Source: Schmidtea polychroa
Taxonomy: Eukaryota
Length of the DNA stretch: 64,000 nucleotides
Direction of reading: 5' to 3'
Assembly: GCA_044892525.1 (NCBI GenBank)
Contig: CM097887.1
Location: 80,764,397-80,828,396, forward strand
Shown piece after piece: positions 39,201-50,902 of the stretch. Numbering within the stretch: position 1 is the stretch's first letter; the number at the start of each line of letters is the position of its first letter. The translations under genes and the position numbers were made by a program. The notes below the pieces were generated by a model, which searched no databases, was not told the origin of the DNA, and saw nothing but the letters and a program-made list of their open reading frames with translations.

Positions 39201-42200
39201 CTGTTTCTCATGGCATGTAATTTTACATTTGTTTATTTTCCTTTGAAAATCTCTTCGCGTACCGGCAGACTATTGCTTGCGTACCGGTGCCGGTACGCGT
39301 ACCACACTTTGAGTAGCACTGCTATAGACTACTAAGACTTACATATTGCTTTTCTTACCCAGTTACATTGTATTTGTTTCTCAGATCATACACTTCGTGT
39401 TCGTACTGCGTGCTAGGAAGATAATTAAGCAAATAAATATTACAAATCTGCTACTTACCATAGAAAATTAAGGTAAGTAATTTATTTATATATTTCATAA
39501 ATACATAAATTTTCTTAAACTTAGCTTAAAATACTCGTACTCTTCAATTTTATATTGATAACAAAAAGTATATCACTGACCCTAATCTTAAAAGAAATTT
39601 TAGAAAGAAATATAAAAATAAAATTTTGCAAATATTTTAAGTTATAGTAACTGCAAAGATTATTTGGAAGAGTGGGCGGTACAATATAACGATATTGATC
39701 ATTTTCGTTGGGTTACATTAAAACCAGAACTTAATTGGAACGATGTGCAAAAATCATTTGATTATATTTCTTAAAATTTCCCAAATAGTAATATTTCCGA
39801 AAATGATCTTTTTAATGAAGTGTCTTTAGTAAAAAATATATTGATAAGGAAAAGCTTAAATATTGGGCATCAGAAAAAATCACAGTAGAAAACAAATGGT
39901 TAGAAATATTTCATCATTTGGTAGCAAAATATGTTCCATACAATAATGTATTGAAAATTGTGGAATATGCACTCTTTACCTGGAACTAACGCTGCGACTG
40001 AACGCGCTTTCTCTACAGTAAATCAAGCGTGGACATCAGAAAAATCAAAATTAAGTGTTGAAACTTTGAAAGCCATTTTAAGTGTCAAATATAATTTGAC
40101 AAATTCTTGTGAAGATTTTTACAATATTTTGAAAAATGACAACAATCTATTGAAACAAATTCACTCAAATAAAAAATATGTCAAGGAATAAAATATTTTA
40201 CAATTTTTTATATTTATAAATTGTACTTATGTTAAAAATCAAAAAAATATTACCATATTATTTTTATTCTATATGAAAATTTTTCAAAGTTGTCCCGCTT
40301 TGCCCATCTAAAAATCTGGTCACCTTATACTTGTAGCATGATTGGTATTATTAGCTAATGTCGTTACCCACAATTTCATTTAGGTTCGATTCTATAAGCA
40401 GGTTATTATTATTATCGTTATAATTAGGTCATTATTGATTCTTGGTCATCATCAGTGAACCCGGATAATCCCTCCCGTAAGATGTTGACTTAGATATCTC
40501 TGTAGACTAAGTAATTTGCTATGGAACCTTTTTTTCTTCATCGAATCTAATCATGTTATTTTAATTCCATTCTTCTTTATTTGTAGAAATAATGAACAGT
40601 AAAGCCAATGCTCTAAAACAATGCTTTTCTTTTGCCGATAAGAATGCACAGAACGCTTTACTGCAAAAGTAAATCCGGTTTTTGAAAATAAACATTGATC
40701 GTCTGGAGAGAACTTGGTTCACTCCCCTCCAGATGAAAGGGAGCCATCAAAAAATACGGATCTGGTATTTTCCCCCTATTGCAAAAACGGTATAATTCTT
40801 CCCCTATTTTTTAAAAAAATAATTAAAAATTTGAAAATAAATAAAAAAAATAGTATTAAAATAAAGAATACCTAAATAAACATTATCGAATTAAATTATT
40901 AAAGTCTCTGTTTCCAAGATTATCCTTCCATGTGCAATTATTTAAATACTGTTCCAGTGAATGCATGCTAAAACCCATCATTCTTCGTATTCTTCGTTTC
41001 AAGTTTATTCCACAATGAGTATTAAGTCCGTTAACAGGGTTTACAAATTTTATGCTGTGGTTTACTGTTTGATGTCCATATCCTTAGTTCGATAATTGAT
41101 TTTGAGCCCGCCATTTATCACTCCAAATCATAGAAACAGAATGACAAAGACTTCTTATAATAGGACGCAATACACTTGAAGATTTGTTATCCACCAAACA
41201 TACGTAATATTTTGCAGGTGTGGAAGATGTATCGGCTACACCAAACACCCATTGCCGCTAAGTCTTATTGGATTCCCTGTAAAATATATGTGTATCTGCC
41301 AAATCAGTATGCACTTTTAAGATAGTGGTTTTTGAGACGTTGTAATCTCTTTCAGTAGGGAAAAGTGGTGTTTCGAATAACTATTTATAGCATACTATAA
41401 GCATTACTGCCAGGTCTGATTTACATAATTTTCAAAAAACGATCCTTTTCTTATGGACACATACTTGTTCTTATTATTACAACAAGATTTATAACACCTA
41501 AAAACTGTTCCATCCCGATGCCTTTTGTACTTCACGCTTTTTAGAATAGTCATACATTTTTCACAGAGTACGATTCTTCTTAAGATTCCTTTAAACGTGC
41601 AGTATTCAACTGCTGCTGGTGTGTCATTCAATAGAGATAAAAGTTCATTAGAAAAATCGATCGGCATTTTTTGAAATTTATATTTAATTTAAAATTAAAT
41701 AAATATGTTTAATGAGTAGTATTTTCCCCCTACTACTCCAGATCTAAAAATACATCGCCTGGAGCACTATTGTGATAGTTTAATCACGGAAAACAGAGCC
41801 CAGCAAGCTCTGTATCAGGCCTATACCGCCCGCGAGCTCGAGACTCGTTGGTGACTTCTGTCCAAACCCAAGTCAAGCTCAACATGCCTCTCGTGAGGGT
41901 ACAATTAATAGGATTGAGTGTGCCTACCCTAGTGCTGGCAGTTCACAAACCTAAGAGGCGAAATTTGTCCAAAGCAGAAAGAAACGCCCAAAAAGGGCCC
42001 CTGCTCTGCAACACTATCGATTCTTCAGATCTTACAGTAGAGCTGCCGGACGATGTCTATTTACTGCCATTAGGAGAAAATGTGTTTGAATTAGATACCC
42101 TACAGGCAGATAATGAACAGAATGGCTGGTAGAGTCTCTTCAATTTTAATCTCAACGCGATTTTTGATTATATTTGTAGTTCGAAATTTAATGTAGATGC

Positions 42201-43167
42201 TGTAATATAATAAAATTTTCGTTGTTATTGTTATTCATCTTGACAATTTCCTTTTACTGCTGGAGAAAGTTAAATGAGTTGGAGCGGCTGGAGTGATTAA
42301 TAGTACTTTGAACTTCAGGTTGAAATTTTCTACCTTAAAGGAAAAGTAAATATTCAGGCGTAAGACCTTCTAACGGCAGTTTATTTACAGAGCCAATGAC
42401 CCGCCTGTCGGTCTTCTTTTTTCCGTAACCTAAACGCCAATAAGATAGAAGACTACAATTAAAATCTCATAAAGTTTCATTTACAGGAACATTGGTTCCA
42501 TAACTAAATTATGTCTCCCGCGTAATTAGGCAAATAAAATTGATTTATATTTATTTCCTAATCGCACTTATTTGTCAAAATAAAAATTTAAAATGTCTAT
42601 TTTTACTGTGATTTATTTAATATAATTATGTTGTGACTGTCACATTAGGTAAAATACTTCGCCAACAAAGAATTTAGAAACCTTTTCATGATTTATTACG
42701 GAAACAGAACGATAATTACCACCGAAGTCGACCACTTTCAACAAGTAATATTACAGTAAATTTTCACAACTGGGCCATGATTTTGTGTCTAGTTATTCCG
42801 TTGCTGTGGGTTAGATGGTAAAGATGACTGGAAAGTCTCGAATTGGTATAAGACATCGAATGATACGAATGCGACTGTGCCGCACTCATGCTGTGATCCT
42901 TTGTGGAGTTCCTGCTGGCTACCAAATAACGGAGAGCTGTTCTCCATTGGGTGCATTAGTGCTATACTAAGTTGGCTCAATAAACATTTCTATATAATAA
43001 TTGGAATTGCTTCGGGAGTTATTGGATTGCAAGTAAATGTCTACAATAGAATTCCTAACCAATTACTTACATAGATTATTGTAATTATTTGCATCTCCTG
43101 CGTCTATTACCGCAAGACAAAGATGAAACAGCGAGATGAAGCATACTTTGAAATTATAGCTCAATAA
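36235..43167 (+). CDS. Tetraspanin, 255 aa; exons 36235-36300, 36341-36538, 36590-36664, 42649-42744, 42793-43032, 43075-43167
   Basis: Four TM segments; D.FQQ|LFRCCG, PHSCC and GC in the large loop; all GT-AG phase-0 introns (40, 51, 5984, 48, 42 nt). Confidence 0.9.
37500..37700 (+). pseudogene. IS630/Tc1-like transposase remnant
   Basis: IQDNV and YCSFLNPIESVFSKI motifs. Confidence 0.45.
38782..40327 (+). mobile_element. Blackjack/Tip100-like hAT element, internally deleted
   Basis: TIRs ttaggtgaccag / ctggtcacctta; degenerate 8-bp TSD (tgctagta/tacttgta); LPGTNAATERAFS...WTSEKSKL remnant. Confidence 0.85.
38938..39321. mobile_element. Charlie/Buster-type hAT MITE nested in the Blackjack-like element
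   Basis: TIRs cagtgcttctcaaa / tttgagtagcactg; perfect 8-bp TSD CTATAGAC. Confidence 0.92.
40758..41745 (-). mobile_element. Merlin (IS1595/ISXO2-like) DNA transposon, decayed
   Basis: Termini ggatctgg / ccagatct; 8-bp TSD AAAAATAC; C..C..DG.VFRC..C..SIRKGSFF, QWVFG, IWSDKW, TVNHS..FVNP. Confidence 0.88.
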
Positions 43168-43227
43168 TAAAATTTTATTTTCTCTTTGTTTATTGTTTGG
43201 CTTTTCATTAACTATTATTATTTATTA

Positions 43228-43270
<43 letters not shown>

Positions 43271-43557
43271 CATCATCATTTTTATTTTTAAAAACAATTA
43301 AATGTTATTTTTTGTTGCTAATAATATATTTAATACAAATGAAAAATTTCTACAATTTCATGGAGTTTAGCTACTTCTATTTTCTAAAATGCTCTTTGAT
43401 CTTCCCTTTTATTTCCTTTTTCTTACTTCTCATTGGTCAAAAATAATAATAAACTTTCTCTGCTATTTCCATTTACACAAGGTAATTTTATAAAATGAGA
43501 ATACACTGGTGACCGCGACTAGATCCCAATGAAGAGCCCTCGTCGAAATCATCCTAC

Positions 43558-44675
43558 TGTTAATGAGCATGTCTCGTGAATTGGCCTTCGAGTGTACCTT
43601 TTCCGCCATTTCACGATACCTACTCCACTAATTATTTGTATTAATAAATATAAAAATTTTGAACCTCCGATAAAAATTAAAAAGGTATTTATAAATCATA
43701 TCTAATTATACTAAATACTATGAGCAAGAACAAATTGTTATTAGTAGAATGTTTAATTTTTAATACATGTGTGCAATAAATATACATAAAATAACATATT
43801 ATCGTATAACAATCGACTCAATTACCTAATAGAATTTTCCGATTTACATGTCTGAAGTCTTGACAATTAAACAAATTCCAAGCAAATAATATAACTTTTC
43901 GAAAGATTAGGCAAATACCAAACGATTTTCCAAAGGTAAAAATGTGGTTCGGAAATTATAAGACTGGTTTCGACATTTTTTAAAGTAATTAATGTCCAAA
44001 ACTGATTTCCAAGTTGTTTAGGTGATTAAAATTTATAAAAGTAATTGAGAGTTGAAAGATTGGTTTACGAAAACAAAGATTATTTGAATACCTAAACAAA
44101 GAGTAGTTTATGGTTGATAAAACAGTGATTCATTAAGAAAACGTTGGTAGAAAAAGTGGTAAAGTGTCCACTGAGACGGCCCTTTATATAGTTTCTCCTT
44201 GCATGCATTCGACCAATCAGGATCGATCATGTGTGTTTTAGACCGTGATTTATTTTTATTTTTTGATCTTAAATGCAATCATTTTGATTATATTGTTTTA
44301 ATTTGCTATTTTTATATTAATTGCTTTCTTTATTCCTGATTGATCGAATGATCGCCTTTACATACCATTCTTATCTTATGGATAAGGTAGTATTTTCTAC
44401 TGTTGTGTCTTTTTTTGCTATTTATTCTTTGTTTTAATGCTTTGTATGATGTGTTTCATGTGCAAACTTCTTGCTTTTTCTTATTTTCTTATCGTTGTTT
44501 TACTTATTTTTACTTTTGTTGTTTTTTTATTTTTGTTTTATTCGGTGTTTCATAATAATTTTAATTATTCTTCGTGTGTTTTACGTGTTATGTGGGTCGT
44601 CTCAATTGACCATTTACTTAATTAATTAAAACAAACAAAGAGAATTAGAAAGAAGATTTGATTCTTAGCCCAACA
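43558..44675 (-). repeat. Putative solo LTR, reverse orientation
   Basis: Minus strand TGTTGGG...TAACA; near-match TSD ctac/gtac; ATTGG and TATATAAA motifs; homologous to 19990-20515. Confidence 0.55.
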
Positions 44676-44976
44676 GTACGATGGAATACACCAATACCTC
44701 GCTTTACGTCGTTTCGTTTTGCGTTTTTTCGAAGTTGCGTTGTTTTGAGTTTGAGTCTTTAATTTTTTTTCGAAATTTTTTGAAATTTTCTTTTTTTTCT
44801 TAAAGATGGCACGACTTTTGTGCTAATTGCGCCATGCCATCAAAACTCGGGATTCCCTTTCTAACTGAAAATCAACGCAATTTTAATACACTTTTATTTT
44901 CACTTTGTTTTGCTAATTTTAGAGTTCAGTGTCAATTATATATGCATACATAATCTATTTGTTCCCAAGAGTCAGC

Positions 44977-47364
44977 GCAAGCAAAACATTAAAAGGAGCA
45001 CAGATTAGGTACTCAACAATTGAAAAAGAATGTTATGCTATAGTTTTTGCATTAAAACAATTTAAACCATACATATATGGAACTGAAGTAGTAATTAGAA
45101 CAGACCATAAGCCATTAGAAGGGTTATGGAAACATAAAGATACATCCAGTAGACTGTTAAAATGGGCAATGAAAATACAAGACATGCACATAAAGATTGC
45201 ATACAAACCAGGTAGAATAAACAGGAATGCAGATGCATTATCACGAATTCCAGAGTTAGGAGCACTAGAAGTTTTTGCATTAGTAACTGAAAAACCAATA
45301 GAAATATATGAGGAACAAATGAAAGATCCAGAACTCTTCAAGATAAGAGAAGAAATAAAAAAGGGAACTAACCAAAAGTATAAAATCTGTAAGAAGTTAA
45401 TTGTTATTGAGGATTTTAGTGGTAAACAATTAATAGTAGTACCACAAAGATTAAGACAAATTCTTCTGTTACAATATCACGATGGTGCTCTAGGAGGTCA
45501 TTTATCAAGTAGGAAAACAGCAAGCAGATTGATGCAAAAATATTATTGGGACGATTTGAAAAAGGATGTCAAGAGATGGTGTAATGCATGCACAATATGC
45601 GCAACTAGAAAAAACACAAAAACAAAAACTAAAGCACCTTTACATCCAATCCCAGCTACAACATCACCAATGGAACTGTGCGCAATGGATTTTTTGTGTA
45701 AACTACCCACAACAATTAATGGGAATAAACACATATTAGTTTTTAGCGATTATTTTACAAAATGGGCAGAGGCATTTCCTACAAAAGATGAAACAGCAGA
45801 AACAGTAGCTAAATTACTTGTGGAAAAAATAATCTTTAAAATCGGTACACCGAGAAAATTATTAACAGATAAAGGGAAAAATTTCATGAGTGAAACTATA
45901 AAAAGAGTAGCTAACATATTTAACATGCATAAAATCAACACAACAGCATACCACCCTCAGACCGATGGTTTAGTAGAGAGATTCAATGGGACATTGCTAA
46001 GTAGATTAGCTGTGTTTGTGGGAAAAAACCAAAATGATTGGGATGAATACGTTAATCAATGCACATACATCCATAATATCACACCAAATGAGACAACGGG
46101 ATATTCACCATATTTTCTAATGTTCTTAAGAGAGCCTGCGACACCGATTGATACAATTTTTGAGCCTCGAGTATCACAATATTTAGATGCGCCAGATTAT
46201 GTAACATTAATGCAAGAGAGATTACAAGAGGTATATAAGGTTGCAAATTTAAAAGTTAAATTCAGACAAGAACAATATAAAGCAGATTACGATAAAAATA
46301 GCAAACCTCATAATTTTAAAGTGGGAGATAAGGTTAGACTTATGTCTCCACAAGTAGGAAAAGGCAAAACAACTAAATTAGCAAGACCATTTAAAGGACC
46401 ATATGAAGTAGTAAAAGTAGTACATGAAAACCTGCATTTACAAAAACATAAAAATGAGGATCCGATAATAGTACATGTTAATAGATGCAAACTAGCAGAA
46501 ACAGAGTTAATAGAAAAACCACCTCACAAATATGGATTACGATCACAAAAAGCACTGATGATGGCAATGATCTTTTTAACAATTATAGGGCTATGTAAAT
46601 CAACTGAAGTAGAAAATGAGAGCATACACTCAGTAAAATACATGGAGGAAGATATTTTAATCAACATTTCACCGTATAAAATTAAAGTATATAACTTGAA
46701 TAAATCACCCATAAGAGACTTATATCTAGAAACTGGGGACGATATACCCAAGCTTATGAAAAAAATTGAGAATAGATCAACTAATGAATTTGAAAGAGGA
46801 GATCTACAGCCTAACACAAATTACACACTTTGTGCACAATGGAATACCTTAGTTGACACATCACAAGTAAGGTGCAAAAGAATAAGAACCACTATCACAA
46901 ACATATATAAGCCCATAGATAATAGCATGCCAACAACCACCATAACAATAACTACCACAAATTCGGCATCCACCCAACAGTCATCACAAATGATAACAAA
47001 CACAGACAGAGAAACGACATTTAAAGTAACTAGACAAGTATATAAAAAATTAATAATAAAAAATCTAAGACAGTTCGATAGGAAACTGATAAAATTACCT
47101 ACGGGAAAACCCATAATCATAAATAACTGGGATGAACTAAGAGCATTTCAAGTAAAACCTGCTAAACCACGATGGCCTTTCTATGTAATCTCATCAAGCA
47201 TTTTAGCATTGAGTATTTTAGCTATTATCACCAGTGTTCAAGTGTATAAAAAATACAAATGGAAAAGGCAGCGGTATCGGCACCGACTGGTCAAAAATGT
47301 ACCAGGGCATTTTCATTTGGATAAGTATAGGCCAGGACAATACACAATGTCCTCATTGGTTTAA
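44977..47364 (+). pseudogene. pol: Truncated duplicate of RNase H-integrase-FN3-TM coding region
   Basis: Begins inside RNase H at ASKTL; the N-terminal residues of the track ORF come from the junction. Confidence 0.9.
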
Positions 47365-47509
47365 AAATAATATAGATAATTTCAATTCCTATTGGTCAAT
47401 GATAATATTTAAACTCACATATATTTATATTTTTATTTATATTGAAGCGTATAAGGTAAAGCCTCAAATGCGCTGTAAATATGTATGTTTATATTGTTTT
47501 TTTAGAAAA

Positions 47510-49072
47510 ATGCAATCCAACAATACCAGAGTCAATCCCAAACCATTCAATCCCATACAACGTCCAGTCCAACAATACAGCTGCTCCATTCAAAAACTAT
47601 ACCACAGTTTCTACAAAAATTTGCAAAATAAAATCACCTCAGACGGCTCACCAATCACCATCAGAAGTTTCCCTAACCAGGTCTGCATACCCAATGAAAT
47701 GAAGTGCGAAATCGAAGAAAGAGAAATGCACTTAGTTAAATTTAATGAAGACCGAAGGATAAAGCTGAGAGATATAATAGGCACCTATGATATGTTCGAA
47801 AATGCAGATATCGCAGCAAATGAAGGAAGAAAAGTCCCACATAGAATACTATTCCATATGACCAGAACGGAGGTCTCAATTTGCCAACAACGAATCCCAA
47901 TTATAACAACAAGCAACTGCACGGTGGTGATCAAAACGATGAAGACAAATCGAAGCGTGCCAAACGATTTCAACAATTTGGTCATCCAAATGAACAATTT
48001 ACCCTGTGTGATGGCTATCGAAATTCTATATGTCCCAACCATACCCAATCCTTTCAGAGAATTAGAGATGATACAGTCGGAAATCGTGATACATCAGGAT
48101 TTCATCTCGAAACGGATGTCATTCACACATCAACAGTTGTCAATCCCCGAACGACAAAGGGCAATTATGTTCGTCGATGTCAAAGAAGTATGCGACATCA
48201 ATAACAATCTCAGACCAGTAGAGATATGCATCAGAAATTTTAGAGGAGAAATCGTATACAATAAAAAGGTGACTCCACGCACCAAAATCCAACATTATTA
48301 CCCGGAAAAGACAAGAGCAGACAGGGATTCAATAAGAGAAAATGAAGACGAATACCAAGCGCTGATCGACATACAGAAGCTGCTACTCGGAAAAATCATT
48401 GTGGGATACGAAATAATAAAGAAACTCAAGACGCTGACATTAGATCTGTACAATGTCATGGGAGTCAGAGAGTTAGCTGAAGATGTGTTCATGTGTTCAT
48501 TCGTCAAAAATGTAGCACCACACAGAATCAAACTATCGAATCTCGCATACAAGGTAATCGCAACACACCCAAAATGGAAGAAAGACAAAGCAATCAACAA
48601 CATCCTCAGAAAACCCGAACCGTTCTCAGCAGAAGATACAACACTAATCGCAAAAGTCATTTACCTCTTGGTCGAAAAGCAATGGGAAGAAGTCATAAGG
48701 TGGGATATGACAGCATTCCAAAAGGAAAATAATGGCCATCAACTCAGTCCAATAGAAGAAAACAGCGATGAGCCAGAAGAATTTGAGGGAGATATATATA
48801 TCGAACCCTCACAAAGAGAATTGAAATTCAATAAAGATGGGAGCAGACGTACCTTTGAAGATGAACTAATAGACAGCGATGATGACATCATATTCGTCAA
48901 AGAGGACAAAAAACCACAAGCAATCACAATAAAGGAAGAACCTCAGACATCAAGTAGTTACAACTATGCTGACCCACAATGTGATTTAGACTCGGATGAA
49001 GAATATTTCTCACCGAGCGAAGCAATGCAGATAGATGACGAACTAGGACCAGAGCCAAATGTCGAGTTGTAG
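47510..49072 (+). CDS. Duplicate of ORF3 (DEDDh-like)
   Basis: Identical translation to 32842-34404. Confidence 0.65.
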   Translation: MQSNNTRVNPKPFNPIQRPVQQYSCSIQKLYHSFYKNLQNKITSDGSPITIRSFPNQVCIPNEMKCEIEEREMHLVKFNEDRRIKLRDIIGTYDMFENADIAANEGRKVPHRILFHMTRTEVSICQQRIPIITTSNCTVVIKTMKTNRSVPNDFNNLVIQMNNLPCVMAIEILYVPTIPNPFRELEMIQSEIVIHQDFISKRMSFTHQQLSIPERQRAIMFVDVKEVCDINNNLRPVEICIRNFRGEIVYNKKVTPRTKIQHYYPEKTRADRDSIRENEDEYQALIDIQKLLLGKIIVGYEIIKKLKTLTLDLYNVMGVRELAEDVFMCSFVKNVAPHRIKLSNLAYKVIATHPKWKKDKAINNILRKPEPFSAEDTTLIAKVIYLLVEKQWEEVIRWDMTAFQKENNGHQLSPIEENSDEPEEFEGDIYIEPSQRELKFNKDGSRRTFEDELIDSDDDIIFVKEDKKPQAITIKEEPQTSSSYNYADPQCDLDSDEEYFSPSEAMQIDDELGPEPNVEL

Positions 49073-50902
49073 GAGCCAATGTTCATCATCAAAGAGGGAA
49101 GATCCACTATCTCGGAAAAAGAAATACATCAACACTTCGGTAGACGAATTATTGATGGTGATGTGTTAAAATTGGCATTGAAGAAAGATTCCAAAGAGCA
49201 ACAATGTATATAAACGGTTGCGAAATCGAATTGGTCCTTAGCGATAAAGGTAATGAGGACATTACTTTATCGGCCCTAGGAGGAGTGTTGGATGACAGAG
49301 GAAGAAGAATTGAAGAGTTTGAACTAACACACTACTATAGAACGGGCAGCAACAAGTTCAGAGTCAATATCTATGTGGAACCCAGACAACCAAAGCCGGA
49401 CAATTCAAAATATTGACGATTATGTGTTTACTTTATTCATGCTGTGTCATTTGGACTATCCTTTATTTTACTTATTTTATTTCTTTATGATATTATTGGT
49501 GTATATATTAATTCTATAGAAGTTTGTACATATTTTTGAGTAGCTGTTAATTTTTATTTAATATATCTTTCCGTATACATTTAATATTTTTATAAAAGGG
49601 TAAATTAAATCATTAATAATTAGTTTTATAAGTAGAGATAAATAATATAATGAAATAATAATAATACTATAAAATAATTAGAAATCTAAATTTTGTTAAA
49701 ATAATGCACGCAAGTTGTAAGGAAAAATAATTGTAATTATTAAATAATAGAGTAAGAAAAACATCTGGTTAAATAATATCTGTTAGAGTATTAAGGAAAA
49801 ACATCTGCTAAAATATATTAAATTCATTTTTTAAGCATACTTAAGAATACTTAAAATATATTAATTAAATTCTTAATCATTTTCTCTTAAAAGAAAAAGT
49901 ATAAATAGCGAGTCAAAATTCATTTTTTTCGCCCCAAAATTTTAACCGCGTTAACATACTAAAAAGGTTAATCCTTATTAGTGCTAAAACTCGAACAGAC
50001 AAACAGAAACGTTCAAAAGCCTACACGCAACACAGCAAGAGAACACATAACATTCACACAGTACATACAAGCATATTCGGTTGGATATTTAAAGGATTTT
50101 TTTGGATTTTTGTAATCTAGCAAACAAATTCATATTTGGTAAATTTTTCATTATAATAAAAGTTTTATAAATTACTTCGTCTTTTGATATAATTGTACGT
50201 ATATAAGAACCAGTAAGTTGAGTGTTCCCGAATATCGAGACCTCAACAATGTTTTTTGACGCAAAGTTCGATAAAGTTCCGGACAAATTTATAAAAAAAT
50301 GAATCATGATAAAGTTTCGAACACATAGTTATTTACACAAAGATAAGAATATTGATCAAAGTTGTTTTTCAATCATTAGCTCTTGTTTGGGGAATTGGAT
50401 TGTTGAGTTGTCGATCCGGATTGCAGAGATGGAGGTCTACGAGAAGATTTTATTTATTGACGTTCTTCGGCGTACACGTTAACTCTGTACTTGTCTGGCC
50501 CTCCTCTATAATATTTGTCTAAAGTGAATGCAGTGATGGGTCTACCCTCATCATCTAACACTGGCATGTTATCAATTAATTTTTAAAAATTACTAAATGA
50601 TCTCAAATATTTTGCATCATCGAAATTTTGCCCAGTTTCATAATTTTATAACATCACTGATTTCCTGTTCGACACTTTAATTTTTAACTATTTGCTTAAA
50701 ATTAAAATTAAAAATTTTTACAATAAAATTATTTTGTGTCAAATTAAGTAAATTGTTTAAATTTCCCAAAATGTAAAATTTCATTTTAAAATTTATGATT
50801 TAATCTCTCATCTTTACAAATATTATGTTGGTGCCAGAATGAAATTTGTGGATTGATAATTGTTTGGTAAGGCAAATTTTTCTGGTAACATTTCCTTTAA
50901 AG

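Larger units (their letters stand above)
44977..50248 (+). mobile_element. Duplicated 3' part of the Gypsy element (RNase H-IN-FN3-TM, ORF3 47510-49072, LTR 49286-50248)
   Basis: Copy of 30309-35580. Confidence 0.95.

Noticed and set aside
43186-43446. Poly-Leu hydrophobic ORF (also 57854-58114)
   Set aside because: Translation of a (TTA)n repeat in the tetraspanin 3' region.
43529-43548. Hammerhead-like aTGAAGAg...cGAAA motif
   Set aside because: Lacks the first C of CUGANGA, and I could not form helices I and III.
44929-44976. Novel N-terminus fused to RNase H at the duplication junction
   Set aside because: Short non-ATG frame created by the breakpoint; no evidence of a promoter or of selection.
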